DNA of 64,000 bases, taken from the NCBI GenBank assembly GCA_951406725.2, contig OX597814.1, positions 123,752,001 to 123,816,000 of the forward strand, read 5' to 3'. The translations under genes were made by a program, and so were the position numbers. Shown piece by piece: positions 26,970-41,461 of this stretch. Position 1 is the stretch's first letter; each line of letters starts with the position of its first letter. The DNA comes from Octopus vulgaris. Taxonomy: Eukaryota. A model generated the notes under the pieces. The model had not been told where the DNA came from, ran no database searches, and worked only from the letters and a program-made list of their open reading frames with translations.

Positions 26970-27293
26970 AAAGAGTAATGGGTATGGGATTGCAACGAGA
27001 AAGTTCTCCTCTGAGGTGCAAGTCCAGGCAAAGTTGTTTTATGGAAGACCAGCAGTCGCCCGTGCATACAAGCCTCTCCTCTCCATGCCACCAGTGTTAT
27101 CCAAGAGAAAGGCAAAGGGGCCGATACAGCTTGGCACCAGTGACGTCGCAACTCAGTTTTACAGCTGAGTGAACTGGAGCAACATGAAATAATGTGTCTT
27201 GCTCAAGAACACAACACAGCCCGGTCTGGGAATCAAACTCGCTATCTCATGATTGTGAGACCAATGCTCTAACCACTGAGCGATGCATCTCTA
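26970..27293 (-). mobile_element. tRNA-derived SINE (family E) inserted in an RTE tail
   Basis: Minus-strand head gctcagtggttagagc...gtttgattcccagacc; TSD catccaacc(c/t)ata at 26957-26969 and 27294-27306. Confidence 0.85.
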
Positions 27294-27328
27294 CATCCAA
27301 CCTATACCAGCATGGAAAATGGATGTTA

Positions 27329-27376
<48 letters not shown>

Positions 27377-27388
27377 GAAGATGATGAA

Positions 27389-27433
<45 letters not shown>

Positions 27434-28140
27434 AATGATATATGCACACATACTCCAGGTCTGCTCAGTAGGGCTGACTTGGGGGATACAAAGAGCAAAT
27501 TATCATTATTGAAGGGGATTATTTTGTAAAATGATTAAAAATTAAGGCAATGTAAAAAAAAAAAATGTGAATGCATTTTAAACCTTTTAGGTGGCCATAT
27601 TTCTCTCTTCTACTTCTGTGACTTAATTAATTTTTGAAAAAAATTATTCAAAATTTCTTTTCATTTATGGGTATATTAACCTAATGTTTGGACCTTAACG
27701 ATTGAACAAAAGGTTTTCCCATTAAATTATTATAAAAGGTTTCAATTTAAATATAAACACTTGCAAAGAGGAAATTTTATATCATCAAGCAGGGTTTGTA
27801 TAAAAAAATATTAATGAATAACCTACTTTATAAAGATTGGTGAAAAAGTTGAGATAATCTCCAGTTATTTTAGCATATAATATCAGGATGAGACATATTG
27901 TAACGGAAATGTTTAAAGAGATTTCATACTTAGCAGCAGCAGGAATGAGAGAGAGGGAGAGAAAGAGGGAGAGGGAGAGAGAGAGGGAGAGAGAGGGAGA
28001 GAGAGATAGAGATAGTGATAGCGATAGAGAGAGAGATAGTGAGATAGATAGAGAGAGAGAGGGAGAGAGATAGAGAGATAGAGAGAGAGAGAAATAGAGA
28101 TAGAGAGAGATAGAGAGATAGAGAGAGATAGAGATAGAGA

Positions 28141-28172
<32 letters not shown>

Positions 28173-29229
28173 TATAGAGAGAGAGATAGAGAGAGAGACA
28201 CACACACACACAAACACACATACACACACACGCACACTCACACACGCACACTCACACACTCACGCACACACGCGCGCGCGCGAACACACACACACACACA
28301 CACACACACCTTTTAGCTGCTTTGAAACCAGACTGAAGATTAAACTATTCTCAATAGTCCTTCATTTGACAAATTTAAGTAGTTTTCTGAAAGAGCTTGT
28401 TAATGGTAAAAACTGCGAAACTAATTGCAATATGGTATGCCTGTTAGCTGTCATCTGTTAGATATTTATTCTGAGGTGGTATCAGTGAGTAATGAAGACG
28501 AAATGTGAATGACAATAGTAAATCAATGCAGAAGCCTACTTTTGTCTTTTTTTGTGGCATTCATTGAAGGAGAATTTCTGTGGTTTAATGAATTGTGAAA
28601 AATTTTATGGCAGCTAAAGTTTTCAATGAAATTACATAATGAAAAACTCCTTTAAAGTGAGGAATCATCATATGTATTATAAATGTAAAAGAAACAAATT
28701 CTATAAACCATTTTCTACTTTATAAAAGAGAAAACAACAAAATCATAGTTTACTATTATCATTAATTAATTATACTTCTCTTTCGATCAAAATGTAAAAA
28801 AATATTTGAGTGAATGGTGACTTACCATTTCGTCAACAAATATTGTTTACTTGAAAGGTATTACAAGGAACACTTTTCTTTCAAATTTATGTCAGAAATT
28901 TACATAGAAAAAGAGGGAAATAGAGACATTTAATAATTAGAATGACATTTCAATGTTCAGTTTTGAAAGGGAAGTTGTTTAAATGTGATCAGATATTGAT
29001 TGTTATCAGCATAATATCTCGCACCTCTATATTTAACATTTCTCTATTGTGTTGTTACACAATTCTAACAATGATTTCTTACATTACCACTGTGTTATAA
29101 ATATGGAAAGGAAACAACTAGTTGAATGGTATAATTTTAGTTTATTACTGGTATTTATCATCTCTAATGTTTATCTCATCAACCCGTCGTTAATTTTAAT
29201 GAAAGGCCACAAATTGCAGAGTGTGGGAA

Positions 29230-30110
29230 GATAAAGTTTTGCAGGGAAGATGAATACTGCAAGCTAGCCACCTGTAAGGAAGAAGAATGAGGGGACTTGA
29301 CGGGTTTCTGTTGACCTTGAAGGTAAATACCTATTTCTTTACTACCCACAAGGGGCTAAACACAGAGAGGACAAACAAGGACAGACAGATTAAGTCGATT
29401 ATATCGACCCCAGTGTGTAACTGGTACTTATTTAATCGACCCCGAAAGGATGAAAGGCAAAGTCGACCTCGGCGGAATTTGAACTCAGAACGTAGTGGCA
29501 GACGAAATACCTATTTCTTTTCTACCCACAAGGGGCTAAACACAGAGAGGACAAACAAGGACAGACAAACGGATTAAGTCGATTATATCAATCCCAGTGC
29601 ATAACTGGTACTTAATTTATTGACCCCGAAAGGATGAAAGGCAAAGTTGTCAGAATTTGAACTCAGAACGTAACAGCAGATGAAATACTGCTAAGCATTT
29701 CACCCAGCGTGCTAACATTTCTGCCAGCTCGGCGCCTTTTGAAGGTAAAAACCACTTCCCTCTTTTTGCCACAAAAGGACTCAACATTGTTATGTGGTGC
29801 AAAGAAAGCAGTAAAGATGGCTGATGGTTCCTCGGGAGGCAAATATCAAAGAGGTTTCTTCAGGAGAGACAGAAAATACAGTGAATCGGTTGAACTACGC
29901 AAAACCAACGGATGGGAAGCAATTTACCTTTGTATAGAGATAGGTGTTAGAGGATTTGTTGGAACCAAGGTTTACTGAATGCTCAGGAGTCTTGGGTTAG
30001 GTGTGAAGGAAAGAAAAGATGTTGCTAGAAAATTGTTGGAAGCCACTGAGAAAGCAGATCATTATATTTGGCTCAAGAGGGAGGATAAGTGTTGCAGTAA
30101 GAATGAGTAT
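29230..30110 (+). mobile_element. Restriction-like-endonuclease non-LTR retrotransposon relic (HERO-like C-terminus), split by a SINE B dimer
   Basis: VSVDLEGK|NHFP..., KYSESVE..NGWEA..IEIGVRGFVG, LLEATEKADHYIWLKRED resemble HERO-clade RLE domains. Confidence 0.7.
29328..29738 (-). mobile_element. SINE family B dimer with 11-bp TSD
   Basis: TSD ttgaaggtaaa at 29317-29327 and 29739-29749. Confidence 0.9.
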
Positions 30111-30134
30111 TGGGGATGTAGAAACATCTCACCC

Positions 30135-30337
30135 AGATGTATGCTTAGTGGTATTTCATCAGCCGTTATTTTCTGAGTTCAAATTCTGCCGAGGTCAACT
30201 TTGCCTTTCATCCTTTCGGGGTTGATAAATTAAGTACCAGTTACACGCTGGGGTGGATGTAATTGACTTAATCTGTTTGTCTGTCCTTGTTTGTCCCCTC
30301 TGTGTTTAACCTCTTGTGGGCAATAAAGAAATAAGAA
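30135..30337 (+). mobile_element. SINE family B monomer
   Basis: Body match; agaaacatct on both flanks. Confidence 0.85.
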
Positions 30338-30664
30338 ACATCTGGCCCAAAGTCACAACATTTGACTCAATAAAGCTTGTCCAGTTGTGCAGGAGTTTTA
30401 TCACCTCCATTAGTGGGTGGCTCTAGGCAGCTCTGGAGTCATGATGGAAGGGTTTGAAACACTTACAGAGCTGCTTCACTGCCTGATGAGACACTGGCTC
30501 CTGCATTTGGAGATGAAGTACATCAACACTTTCAGCATGGCAAGAAAGAGCATTCAGCTGTAGATTACCCTTCCAAAGTAGACAATAGAGCTCAACACAG
30601 CCCTGAAGCTTGGCAGATTCTGTCAAACTATCCAACCCATGCCAGCATGGAGAACGAACATTAA

Positions 30665-30718
<54 letters not shown>

Positions 30719-31590
30719 GTGGTGGTGGTGGTGGTAGCAGTGGTAGGGTAATGGTCGTGGTGTTTGTGTGAGGTGTGATGATGATGACGATGACGACGAC
30801 GACGACGGCGACAGCTACCTATCTCCACTTCCAGCGCCTCTTAACTCCAGGTTGGTAAACAGACTGTCATCTTGCGTCAGCTTGATATATTAAATTTCAC
30901 TTTAGATAGTAAAGTTTTTGAGTTTAAAAACGTTTATATGCCATGGGGAGAAGAACACCACAATTTTCCTTAGGCTCTGCTATTTTTTGACTTATTCACT
31001 TTAGATATGTTTGTTATCTGTCTACATTAGCTGTCTACATTAACTATCTATACAACTTGTTTATTTTAGCTGTCTTTAATTTCTTTATTATTCCGTTGAA
31101 TTATTATGATTACCAGACTAGTGATATTAGTTTTGATTATTAACATAATCTGTCATCTACCATTACTACAATTTCATGAATATACTCTCTCACATATTCT
31201 TGGAAAAAAGACAGAACGTAAAACTATTTCATATTCAGGTGTATTGGATGGTGGTTATCTATGGTATGGGAGCATAATAGATACAAGTGTTGGAGCTCTG
31301 TGTTTAAAGTTTAAGTTCTTGGGTTCAATCTCAGTTAATGGTTGATGCCGGCATCAGTTGTTAGTTGTTAGAGCACTGCATCCTTCAAAACTTCCATGCT
31401 TCCTGAGATTCGCCAACATTACACCTGATTTTTTTCCCTTCATACACACGCAAGCATGTATCTGACTCATACACTGTTCACTTCCCAGACATTTGTACAT
31501 TACTGCATAAGCTTTATATGCACTTTTGACAAGTTGTGGTGCACCTGAGCACTGTATACAATAATTTCATTATCATTATTATTATCGTTG

Positions 31591-31679
<89 letters not shown>

Positions 31680-32639
31680 ATATAGCAGATGACTATAAAA
31701 TATAATGTATAACTCTTCATACAGCAATAAATCATAACTGATAGTTATGATTTACTGTAATAGATCATAGGCTGTTAGCGAAGGTACCTCATATAACACA
31801 TGATTCAGTAACAGAGCATACATTAATAGTAAAGATACAAGATATAGAACATTGTAATAGATCTTGCACAAATGGTTAAGATAGATCCTATAATACATCA
31901 TACAGTAAAAGATCATATACTAATAGTTATATACATCATATAATACATCATACAGATCATATGTGAATAGTTAAGATGCATGATATAGAATGTCATAATA
32001 AATCATACACCAATAGCTAAGATACCAGGTTGCCTCAAAAGTATTTCAAGCTTTAATTAATAGTTCAAATAAATTACATATGGAAAGTGCTTATTTAACA
32101 GAATATATCCTGTCATATTCTGTTGCCTGTTTCTATCACTGGGCCAGAAGCTCAATTCCATGCTTATACCATTTGGCTGGTTTAAAAGTAAAAATCTCTC
32201 TGCACTCATCTTCAACCTTTGTCAGTGCAGAAAATGAGCTATGGCTTGGAAAGAGTGGTAATCTGATGATGCAAGGCCTGGGCTGTAGGCAGGGTGAGGC
32301 AGCACTTCCATGTTCAAGTTTGTGCTTGGGCACATTCGCATTGTGTAAGCTATGGCATTGACATGCTGTAGGAGTGTGCATCTTTGATTGACTCATGCTG
32401 AGTTGCAGGCTTTCAAAGCAACATATACTCACTGCAGTTGTGAAGCATAAAAGTTAGCATTCACAGCATTATCATCTGAGACAAGTTCAAACTTAAATAC
32501 TCCCTTGAAATTCTTAAAATACCAAACACAAAATATGATCTGTTCAAACTGCCCTTGTTTGACAACAGGTTCTGAAGCCTGGCTGGAATGCAGCTACTGA
32601 TTTCTCTTATAAAAATAGATAAATTTTTCATCCCAATTT

Positions 32640-33020
32640 ACAATTCAACACCAAAAGCAGGCAACTCGGAGATTTGCCTACAGTTATTTGCAAATGTTCA
32701 TCCATCATTGAGCCTGCTCATTGGTCAGTTCATGAAGATCTTGAGGTGACAATTGATGGTGGTTTGTGAAAGACCAAGTTCTGCTGACAATGTATGAGTG
32801 CTTGTGCTTGGCTGTTGGTCATCCTTTTGAAGCAATGTCTCAGTTTCCTCAACAGAAAGTCTCCCTGAACCTTGTTTCTCCTCAAGGCTGGTGTCACCTT
32901 CCTTGAAATGGCTGAGCCAGTTTTGCACCACATGTTCACTGACAGTTTTTGGGCCTTCCACATCATTAATTTCTTTTGTTGTTGCCCTTGCAAATGGTAT
33001 GATAGAACAAACAGAAATTC
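32640..33020 (-). mobile_element. Mariner transposase N-terminal relic
   Basis: ATTKEINDVEGPKTVSEHVVQNWLSHFKEGDTSLEEKQGSGR, a mariner HTH region. Confidence 0.8.
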
Positions 33021-33149
33021 TTTGTATATGGACAACCACAATTTGTATGATGTAATTGATTAACAACTAGAAACACTGCTGCAAGCAGTGCAAAGATTTA
33101 CTATTAGAATTGATAAGAAATTTGGGTTTGAAAAAATACTCTAACCAAA

Positions 33150-33600
33150 TTAAAAAAAACACTAATTTTATGTTAGACAAAGAAAGAGATTAGATGCAGA
33201 TTTATACATAAGAATTAAAGAACTAGACAAAGTACAACATACAAATGAAAGAAAATGTTAAGAAGAAATGCTATTGACACATTATATTGATATTTAAAAT
33301 GGAGTTAAATACAAATAAATAAATAAATAAATAGCTGAAGTTCTAAGTATCAATACTTTAGCTGTCCAAGAAATATTTTCAATTGGATGCTAAGTAAATT
33401 AGAAGAACAAAAGAAAAACAAGACAAAATAATAATTGTATGTACAACACACTGCCAAAATCTGACATAAAAAGACGATATTTAAAATAAACAGAGACAAA
33501 TAAAAGGGTTTCTGAAAGTAGAAAACTATTAAAAGGTATATATTAATGACAGAGGCAGTATTAATTCATTATTAATTTATCCCCACTTAATCACGGACAT
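33150..33600 (+). mobile_element. R4/Dong-like non-LTR relic
   Basis: Fragments SINTLAV, NWMLSKLEE, RKTRQ and PKSDIKRRY resemble the R4/Dong post-RT region. Confidence 0.4.
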
Positions 33601-34402
33601 TCTGCTAGAACAAACTTGACTACAGTAGGTACCATGAAAGAAACTCTCATACTGGTTTTTGGTGCAAAATGCACTCTTGTTTACATCACTATTAAAAGAG
33701 TATTAAAGAAGTATTAAAGAGTATTAAAGGCAGTGTTGAATAAAATGTATTTGTGTGAAGTCGTGTTTAACATGTTAGAATGTATTTGGATGTGATAAGA
33801 ACTTTCACTGTGGGAATACTCCCAGGAGAAAATTCTTGTGTAAAATCACATTTTATTTTGGGCTGTGAGTAATGTCATTGGATTGTTGGATGAGTCTCTG
33901 CACTGTTCACATTTCATCAACCACAAAAATTACTAGTTCAGTCACTCCCAGCCCAATAGGAATAGAATTATTCTTATAAAGACAGCGCATGGAATGTTTG
34001 CTGTTGGTCTTGTCAGCCATGACCTCTCCCATGAGAAAGAATGTGGAGGAGGATGAATGTCCTGATTTGACACTGTCATCACCGCCTTTGATGGGCTGTC
34101 ATAAGCAAAGTAGTGACTAGAAGTGACTAAGATCACAAGATACCCCTGGAGAAGATGTTAGCCCATTGCAACATTGAGGGGAGGTAACAAGTATAATGTT
34201 TTGATCCCAGTACTTGACTGGTACTTTATTTTTTATTGACCCTGAAAGGATAAAAGGCAAAGCTGAACTCAGTGGGATTTGAATTAATAACATAAAGAGC
34301 TGAAAGAAATGCTGCTAAGCATTTTGTCTGATTTGCTAACGATTCTGCCAGCTTGCTGCCTTTTCCAGAGTTATAGTTCCTCGTAAAAACTATTGAAATC
34401 AT

Positions 34403-34875
34403 TATCATCATCATCATCATCATCGTTTAACATCTGATTTCCATACTAGACGATTTGACTGAGGACTGGCGAACCATATAGCTGCACCAGGCTCCAATCT
34501 GATCTGGCAGGGTTTCTACAGCTGGATGCCCTTCCTAACGCCAACCACTCCGAGAGTGTAGTGGGTGCTTTTACGTGCCATCGGCATGAGGGCAAGTCAG
34601 GCAGTACTAGCAACGGCCACGCTCAAATGGTGCTTTTAACATGCCACCTGCACAGGAGCCAGTCCAGCGGCACTGGTAACGACCTCACTTGAATGTTTTT
34701 TCACGTGCCAGTAAGGCGACACAGGTAACAATCTTGCTCGAATGGTGCTTTTTACATGCCACTGGCATGGAGGTCAGTTTGCTGTTCTGGCAATGATCAT
34801 GCTCGGATGGTACTCTTAGCACTGCACTAGCATGGATGCCAGTCATCGAATTTGATTTCGATTTCGATTTTGATG
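34403..34875 (-). mobile_element. RTE 3'UTR copy (family C)
   Basis: (CAT)n then cgtttaac..., internal repeats, gatttcgattt run. Confidence 0.9.
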
Positions 34876-35109
34876 AAATATCTGGAGATATCTGGTGGAG
34901 AATAGTTATGTCTCATGAGTAGATGTTAAAAACACCATAGGTAATTAAACAGGTGATTCTCAAATCTGAGATCAAATGTTACAAGAAGCCATTTAACCTT
35001 TCACTCTTTCTGGGGTCTAAATATACTGGTGGGGATGAATTTATGTTTATCTGTTATACTGACCCTTAGCATTGGCACAAAGTCATAAGTGTTGCAGGAG
35101 GATACAATC

Positions 35110-35445
35110 TGTTACATTGACTGCAGTACTTGATTGGTTCTTTAGGTTATCCAAAGGATGAAAAGCAAAGTTAACCTCGGTGGAATTTGAACACAGTATG
35201 TAATGGCAGACGAAATAACTATTTCTTTACTACCTGCAAGGGGCTAAACACAGAGAGGACAAACAAGGACAAACAAATGGATTAAGTCGATTATATTGAC
35301 TCTAGTGCGTAACTGGTACTTGATTTATCGGCCCCGAAAGGATGAAAGGCAAAGTCCACCTCGGCGGAATTTGAACTCAGAACGTGATCGCAGACGAAAT
35401 ACCACTAAGCATTTCACCTGGGATGCTAAAGATTCTGCCAGCTCC
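35110..35445 (-). mobile_element. SINE family B partial dimer
   Basis: ggatgaaaggcaaag...gaatttgaactcagaacg occurs twice. Confidence 0.85.
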
Positions 35446-36133
35446 CCCATTAGCCAAATCATCATATTGACATCCACTAATAATAACAAATGCAAATTCA
35501 GGCAGAGGGTTAGGATTAGGAGGGGTAGGGGAGTTAGTTGATTCTATCTACCCCAGTACTCGACTTGTTACTTTATTTTTTTGACTCAGAAAAGATGAAA
35601 GGCAAAGTTGATCATAGCAGGATTTAAACTCAGATTGTAAAAAGCCAGAACAAACAACATTAAGCATTTTTTCCAATGCTCTAAGAGATCCACCAGGCTG
35701 CGTTTTTTTTTTTTTTTGACACACAATAATAATATGTCCGATCTGCTCCAATTTCTGAGAATTCATACCCTACAACAGAACATGTTCTAGGTTTCGGGTA
35801 CGTAGAAAAATATGGAATTGTTGTAGTGGCAATGTCATTGAACAATAGATCTGTTTGATCAAGGCTGAGCTGGGACTGAACAATTACAGCTCTACAGATA
35901 GATGTAAGGGAGATAACTACGCTTTGAGCCAGCTTTTGCCCTTTTTTTAATTATTTTTTTTGACGTCTCTTGATCTTAATATTTGAGCTGGAATTAAGGC
36001 AGAAACGTTAGAATTCTGAACGAAATGCTTAGCGGTATTTCGTCTGCCGCTACATTCTGAGTTCAAATTCCTCCGAGGTTGAAATCGCTTGTGCGTATTA
36101 TACACGAGGTTAAAAATGTAAAAATATTTTCTA

Positions 36134-36422
36134 ACCAGTGGTTAGGGCAGCGGTCTTGTGGTCGTAAGATCGCGGTTTCGATTCCCAGACCGGGCGTTGT
36201 GAGTGTTTATTAAGCGAAGACACCTAAAGCTCCACGAGGCTCCGGCAGGGGGTGGTGGCGATCCCTGCTGTACTCTTTCGCCACAACTTTCTCTCATTCT
36301 TTCTTCTGTTGGCCTGCTCACTTAACCAGTGGGGTGGCGTCATCTGATGGCTAAAACAATGCGAAGCGCATTGTGACCAGCGATGTGTAGCAACATCTGA
36401 TAGCCTGGTCGGTCACGGTGAT
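36134..36422 (+). mobile_element. tRNA-derived SINE (family D head, alternative tail)
   Basis: Head near-identical to the reverse complement of 1-90; middle shared with the 4943 copy; 3' tail differs. Confidence 0.8.
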
Positions 36423-36446
36423 ATACATACATACACATACACACAC

Positions 36447-36496
<50 letters not shown>

Positions 36497-37669
36497 CACA
36501 TATACATACACCTGTACATGTATGTATGTGTGTTTATGCATATGGCAAAATGCACAAAAACAAACACACATATGCATATATGTACACACATGCAAAATAA
36601 ACAGTCGACCCCTTAAAGTAACTGTTATTCCATATGAAACAAAATGACTAGGGTTACCAGCTGCACCCTTCAAATATTGTGTAATCACATATTTTGGAGA
36701 TAAAAGATGTATTCCTAGTTGAACTGAAATAAAATTTGCTCCATACTTTAATATTTTAGTTCTCATCGCATGCTGAGAAGAATGGCACAGCGTGACTCTC
36801 AGACCAGACAATAAAACTTCTGATAGTAGGAAAGTTTTCTTAGACTTGAGAATTTGTGGTTCTGACAAAAGTTCCTATCAAAGGTTTTGATGAAAGTGTA
36901 ACTTTAATCTATATTCATATTCTGGCAGCTGTTTAGATATCTTTTAACAGATGAAATATTTATGTTTGTGTATTTTATATTATGCATGTGTAACGGGCAG
37001 GTGGTACCGCCTGTGTAAAACTTAATACATTATAGACATTCAAGAGAAGTATACTCTACGAGCTTTAAATCATTTGTCAGTATTTAATTAAATGCAACCT
37101 TCAGATTTCTCCCTGAAGCAAAATAAAACTTACAATAGACAAACATTTTAAATAGTTTCCTATCAGTAGTTTGTAATATTATTTATGACTTTCATATATT
37201 ATAAACGATTATATTCAATAGCTTCCAGTTTGAATTGATTTACCTCCCTTGCTAAGTTAATATTAAGTTTGGATATTTGGTTTAGATTTATCTTGAAGTG
37301 TCAACTTGTTTGTAATGATTCTCTTAAATATATTGAACTTTTATGTAAGTAGGCAGCTTTAGGTTTATAGAGAGATTAAGTGAGAGTGTGTGACGTTTAT
37401 GCTTTTCTGAAGAGTATAAGAATGAAGAGTGAAATGCCAATAACTAGCTGAAGCACAACCTGGGTTCATCTAGAGCTTTTAGTATATTAAAACAGATTTT
37501 TAAGTATATTGTTTTACCAATTCTGTTAATAAGTTAATGTCTCCTCTGTCATTCAGTACCCTCACATGGTAATCTCAGATTATACTGTTGTGGGGTAGAA
37601 GGTCGAAATGGCTGAGTGGTGTTGTATTTCACCTAAGTACTGTATAAAATAAACTGTGATTCATACTTC

Positions 37670-37870
37670 TCATCATCATCATCCAGTGTTTTATATCCGG
37701 GGTTTTGTCCCCATTAATAGGGGTGGCCGGATCTACCTCAATGTCATAGCAACTGCCCTCTTGCCTGGTTTTGGGCGTCCCCATTTTTCAAACCGATCCT
37801 CCCAATCTCCTCCTCCACCTGTCCCCTACACCTTTTCCTTGGTCTACCTCGCTTTCTCACTCCAGTTACC
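37670..37870 (-). mobile_element. 3' end of a second LINE family with (GAT)n tail (probably RTE)
   Basis: Homologous to the reverse complement of 62763-62940. Confidence 0.7.
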
Positions 37871-38027
37871 TCTGTGGTTCATAAAATAGAGTCTAATCAA
37901 ATACTGGGGTTAATGTATATGGAAAACCCCTGCCTTTAAAATTGACCTTCCTTGTGCCTAAATCAAAACCCATTGTTCTTGTTGTTATTTTTGTTGTTGT
38001 TGTTATTTCTGTTGTTGTTGTTATTAA

Positions 38028-38249
38028 CCCTTTTGATACCAAACTGCCTAAAACTGCCTCTGGCTCTGTAGTACAAAAGACTTGTTTTCAAAAGTTCTGA
38101 ATTAAAATCTTCCACCAAACCTTAGTCACAATTTATGTTCCTAACACTAGCTCAATGATAACTAAGTTATTTTACTAAATTCTTTGTTATATTTAAAATC
38201 AATTGAAAGAAACACAGAGCATCTCAATAGGAATACGGTAATGAAAGAG
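38028..38249. mobile_element. piggyBac-like MITE, intact
   Basis: TTAA|CCCTTT...AAAGAG|TTAA; matches 13132-13783 in inverted orientation. Confidence 0.8.
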
Positions 38250-38906
38250 TTAAGGTGGCAAGCTGGCAAAATTGTTAGCATGCTGTGCAAAATGCTTAGA
38301 GGTATTTTGTCTACCACCATGTTCTGAGTTCAAATTCTGCTGAGGTCAACTTTGCCTTTCATCCTTTTGGGGTTGATAAATTAAGTACCAGTGAAACACT
38401 TGAGTCAATGTAATCAATTAGTCCCCTCATCCAAAATTTCAGGCCTTGAGTTTTTAGTAGAAAGAATTATTAAGGCAGTGAGCAGGCAGAATCATTAGCA
38501 TACTGGGCTAAATGCTTTCCGTCTTTATGTTCTGAGTTCAAACTCTGCTGGGCTTGACTTTGCCTTTCAGAGAATATTTTGGTGATTTATGGATGGTACA
38601 CAGTGGGGGCATTCTATGGTGCAATGGACAGTATAGACTGGTGACAAGTGGGAATATAATCATCTTATAAGAACAGTGTGTGCTGATGTTATTCTGTGTG
38701 TTATATAGACAGTGTAGGATGAGGTTACTTATTTGGGTTCGAACAATGAAGAGTGGAGACATTCTGTGGTGTTACAAATATTTTACACTTTTCCAATAAA
38801 TACACAGGTTTTGATTTGAATTGATTTTATACATTTCATGTGAAACTGAAAGAAATACTGAACAAGAAAGAGGGAGGGAGAGAGAGAGAATGAGAGAGAG
38901 AGAGAG

Positions 38907-38956
<50 letters not shown>

Positions 38957-38980
38957 GTGTTTATTGTATTATGTGATATA

Positions 38981-39032
<52 letters not shown>

Positions 39033-39154
39033 TAATGTTTTGGCACTTTGGGGCAGTTGTCTTTAACTACAGCCTCAGGCCAACCAAAATATTGTGACTG
39101 AATTTGGTAGATAGAAACTGAAAGAAACTTGTGTGTATATATATATATATTTTT

Positions 39155-39560
39155 TTACTCTTTCGCTCTTTTACTTGTTTCAGTCATTTGACTGCAGCCA
39201 TGCTGGAGCACCACCTTTAGTCGAGCAAATCGACCCCAGGACTTATTCTTTGTAAGCCTAGCACTTATTCTTTCAATTTCTTTTTGCCAAACTGCTAAGT
39301 GATGGGGGACATAAACACACCAACAGTGGTTGTCAAGCAATGGTGGGGGGACAAATACAGACACAAACAACAAATACATATATACATATATATACATACA
39401 TACATATATATACACAGCAGGTTTCTTTCAGTTTCTGTCTACCAAATCCACTCACAAGGCTGTGGTCAGCCTGAGGCTATAGTAGAAGACACTTGCCCAA
39501 GGTGCCACACAGTGGAACTGAACCCAGAACCATGTGGTTGGGAAGCAAGCTTCTTACCAC
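39155..39560 (-). mobile_element. SINE family A
   Basis: Full body match. Confidence 0.9.
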
Positions 39561-39859
39561 GCACACACACACACACACACACACACATGTCACTGCTATA
39601 ATCGGTTTTGCAATGGTTATTTTTCTGGAAGCGTCTCTGCTGTGGTCTCACGAAGCTCCTTCCGGAATTCCTCATGAAAAGTGTGTGAGGGTGGGCATGC
39701 CTCAAGATCGTGTGTGCTGGCACATCTGTAGTGCTGCTTCTAAGTTGTGTATTATACGTGCAGTTTCCATTTTGTCCCTTCTTTCTTTTTCTTTTTTTTT
39801 TTTTATAAATAATACATGAGCATGTTATTAAAAATGAACTTACACGCATCGAGATGTAA

Positions 39860-40260
39860 CTAAATAATACATTGACTGCCAACCTCCAGCCTGTTGTTAA
39901 TTTGGGGCCCTAGGTTGTCTATGAAGATAGCTTCCTTAATTCTTAGATTACCTAAATATCTTTCATTGGCCTCAGTTGTGACTATTATGCTTTTGTCAGT
40001 GTTCTGGCATCCATCTAGATATTTTCTGAAGGAGGAGGCTCTCATGTTCAGATGTTCTTTGATGCGAATGTGTAATGGTCTTGTTGTACTACCCACATAG
40101 AACTTGTTGCATTTGTTACATTGTATTCTATACACAACATTTACCTGTTGGCATAAATCTGTGTCATGGATGGGGCAGTTTGCTAGTGTGCATTGATTGC
40201 TGTCCCTTGCTCATTTCTTTGCGAGGTGTCTTCTCAGGGAGTTGCTGGAGTGGGCTAGTT
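39860..40260 (-). mobile_element. Penelope-like element GIY-YIG endonuclease relic
   Basis: CTLANCPIHDTDLCQQVNVVYRIQCNKCNKFYVGSTTRPLHIRIKEH...LRIKEAIFI..PQINNR. Confidence 0.9.
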
Positions 40261-40330
40261 GTATGTCTAGTCCTTTTCTTCTTATGCCTCTTCGGATGGC
40301 TGTAGTTACCCTCTTGCTAAAATGAATGAA

Positions 40331-40376
<46 letters not shown>

Positions 40377-40988
40377 TGTCTGTCTGTCTGCATGCATGCA
40401 TGCATGCCAACAAGGACATTTAATTTAGATATATAATAAAAAGGTATACATACTCTCTAGCAACTGTTTCTAGCTGTTTTTCGTGGCATATCAAATTAAG
40501 CACTCAGAGTGCATAGCCATGAATTTGAGACACCTGATAAAAAATAAAAAAACTCCTCGTATATTTTATATGTAGCATCATCATACATACCTTTATATGA
40601 GCAGCCACGCATTACAGATGCACACACTTACTCACACACACAGCCACACATGTGAAAGTCACTAGCCCCTCTCCACCCACACACTCACATTCTTACATAC
40701 ACATACACCCATGTGCACCTTCATTTTGGGATCACCAATACTTTATTATCTCCCCTTCTTTCAAACTTCTTTTCTAATCAGTTGCCACGCTTGACCACTA
40801 AATCCATGTCTTTTTTATTCTCTCTCTGTTTATTTTCTTTTATTCCTTTCTGTTGAAGAGGCTCGAAATGTAAAAGACTTTCTCATCTTCCGAGCATTAA
40901 ACTAATACACCTGCTTGTTGTTCATACACCTGTCTTCGTCTTTTGTTTTTCTATAAATTTCAACTACACACACACATAAATATACATA

Positions 40989-41045
<57 letters not shown>

Positions 41046-41425
41046 CAGCCGAAATTTGCCACGATGAATCGGTGTCTGACTGAAGAATGAAGGCTCTGAA
41101 TTACTGTCCGTTTTTCCGTGTTTGTCAATTCGTGAATTTCACGTCCTTTATATATAAGTTTTATTATATATCATCATCATCATCATCATCGTTTATATAT
41201 ATATGTATATAGTGTGGCTATGCTGGGGCACTGCCTTGTAGAATTTTAGTCAAATGAATCCACCGTGCACTATTTTTCTAAGCATGGTACATGTTCTATC
41301 GGTCTCTTTTGGTCTAACTGCTAAGTTATGGTGATATAAACACACCAGAATCATTGGTGGGGAACAACACAAACTGAAAGAAACACATGCACACACACAC
41401 ACATACACACACACACACACACACA

Positions 41426-41461
<36 letters not shown>

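Noticed and set aside
28324-28395. CTGAAGA...GAAA near the duplicated module
   Set aside because: No stem III/GUH or stem I pairing, and the paralogue reads CAGAAGA
32080-32432. Overlapping 93-aa and 98-aa ORFs as host exons
   Set aside because: No clear domain; faint similarity suggests an old LINE relic, too weak to call
35505-35540. Telomere-like ggttaggattagg
   Set aside because: Only one or two imperfect units
40452-40586. Possible degenerate hammerhead on the minus strand (ATGATGA...GAAAC AGTT GCT)
   Set aside because: Too many core mismatches to support
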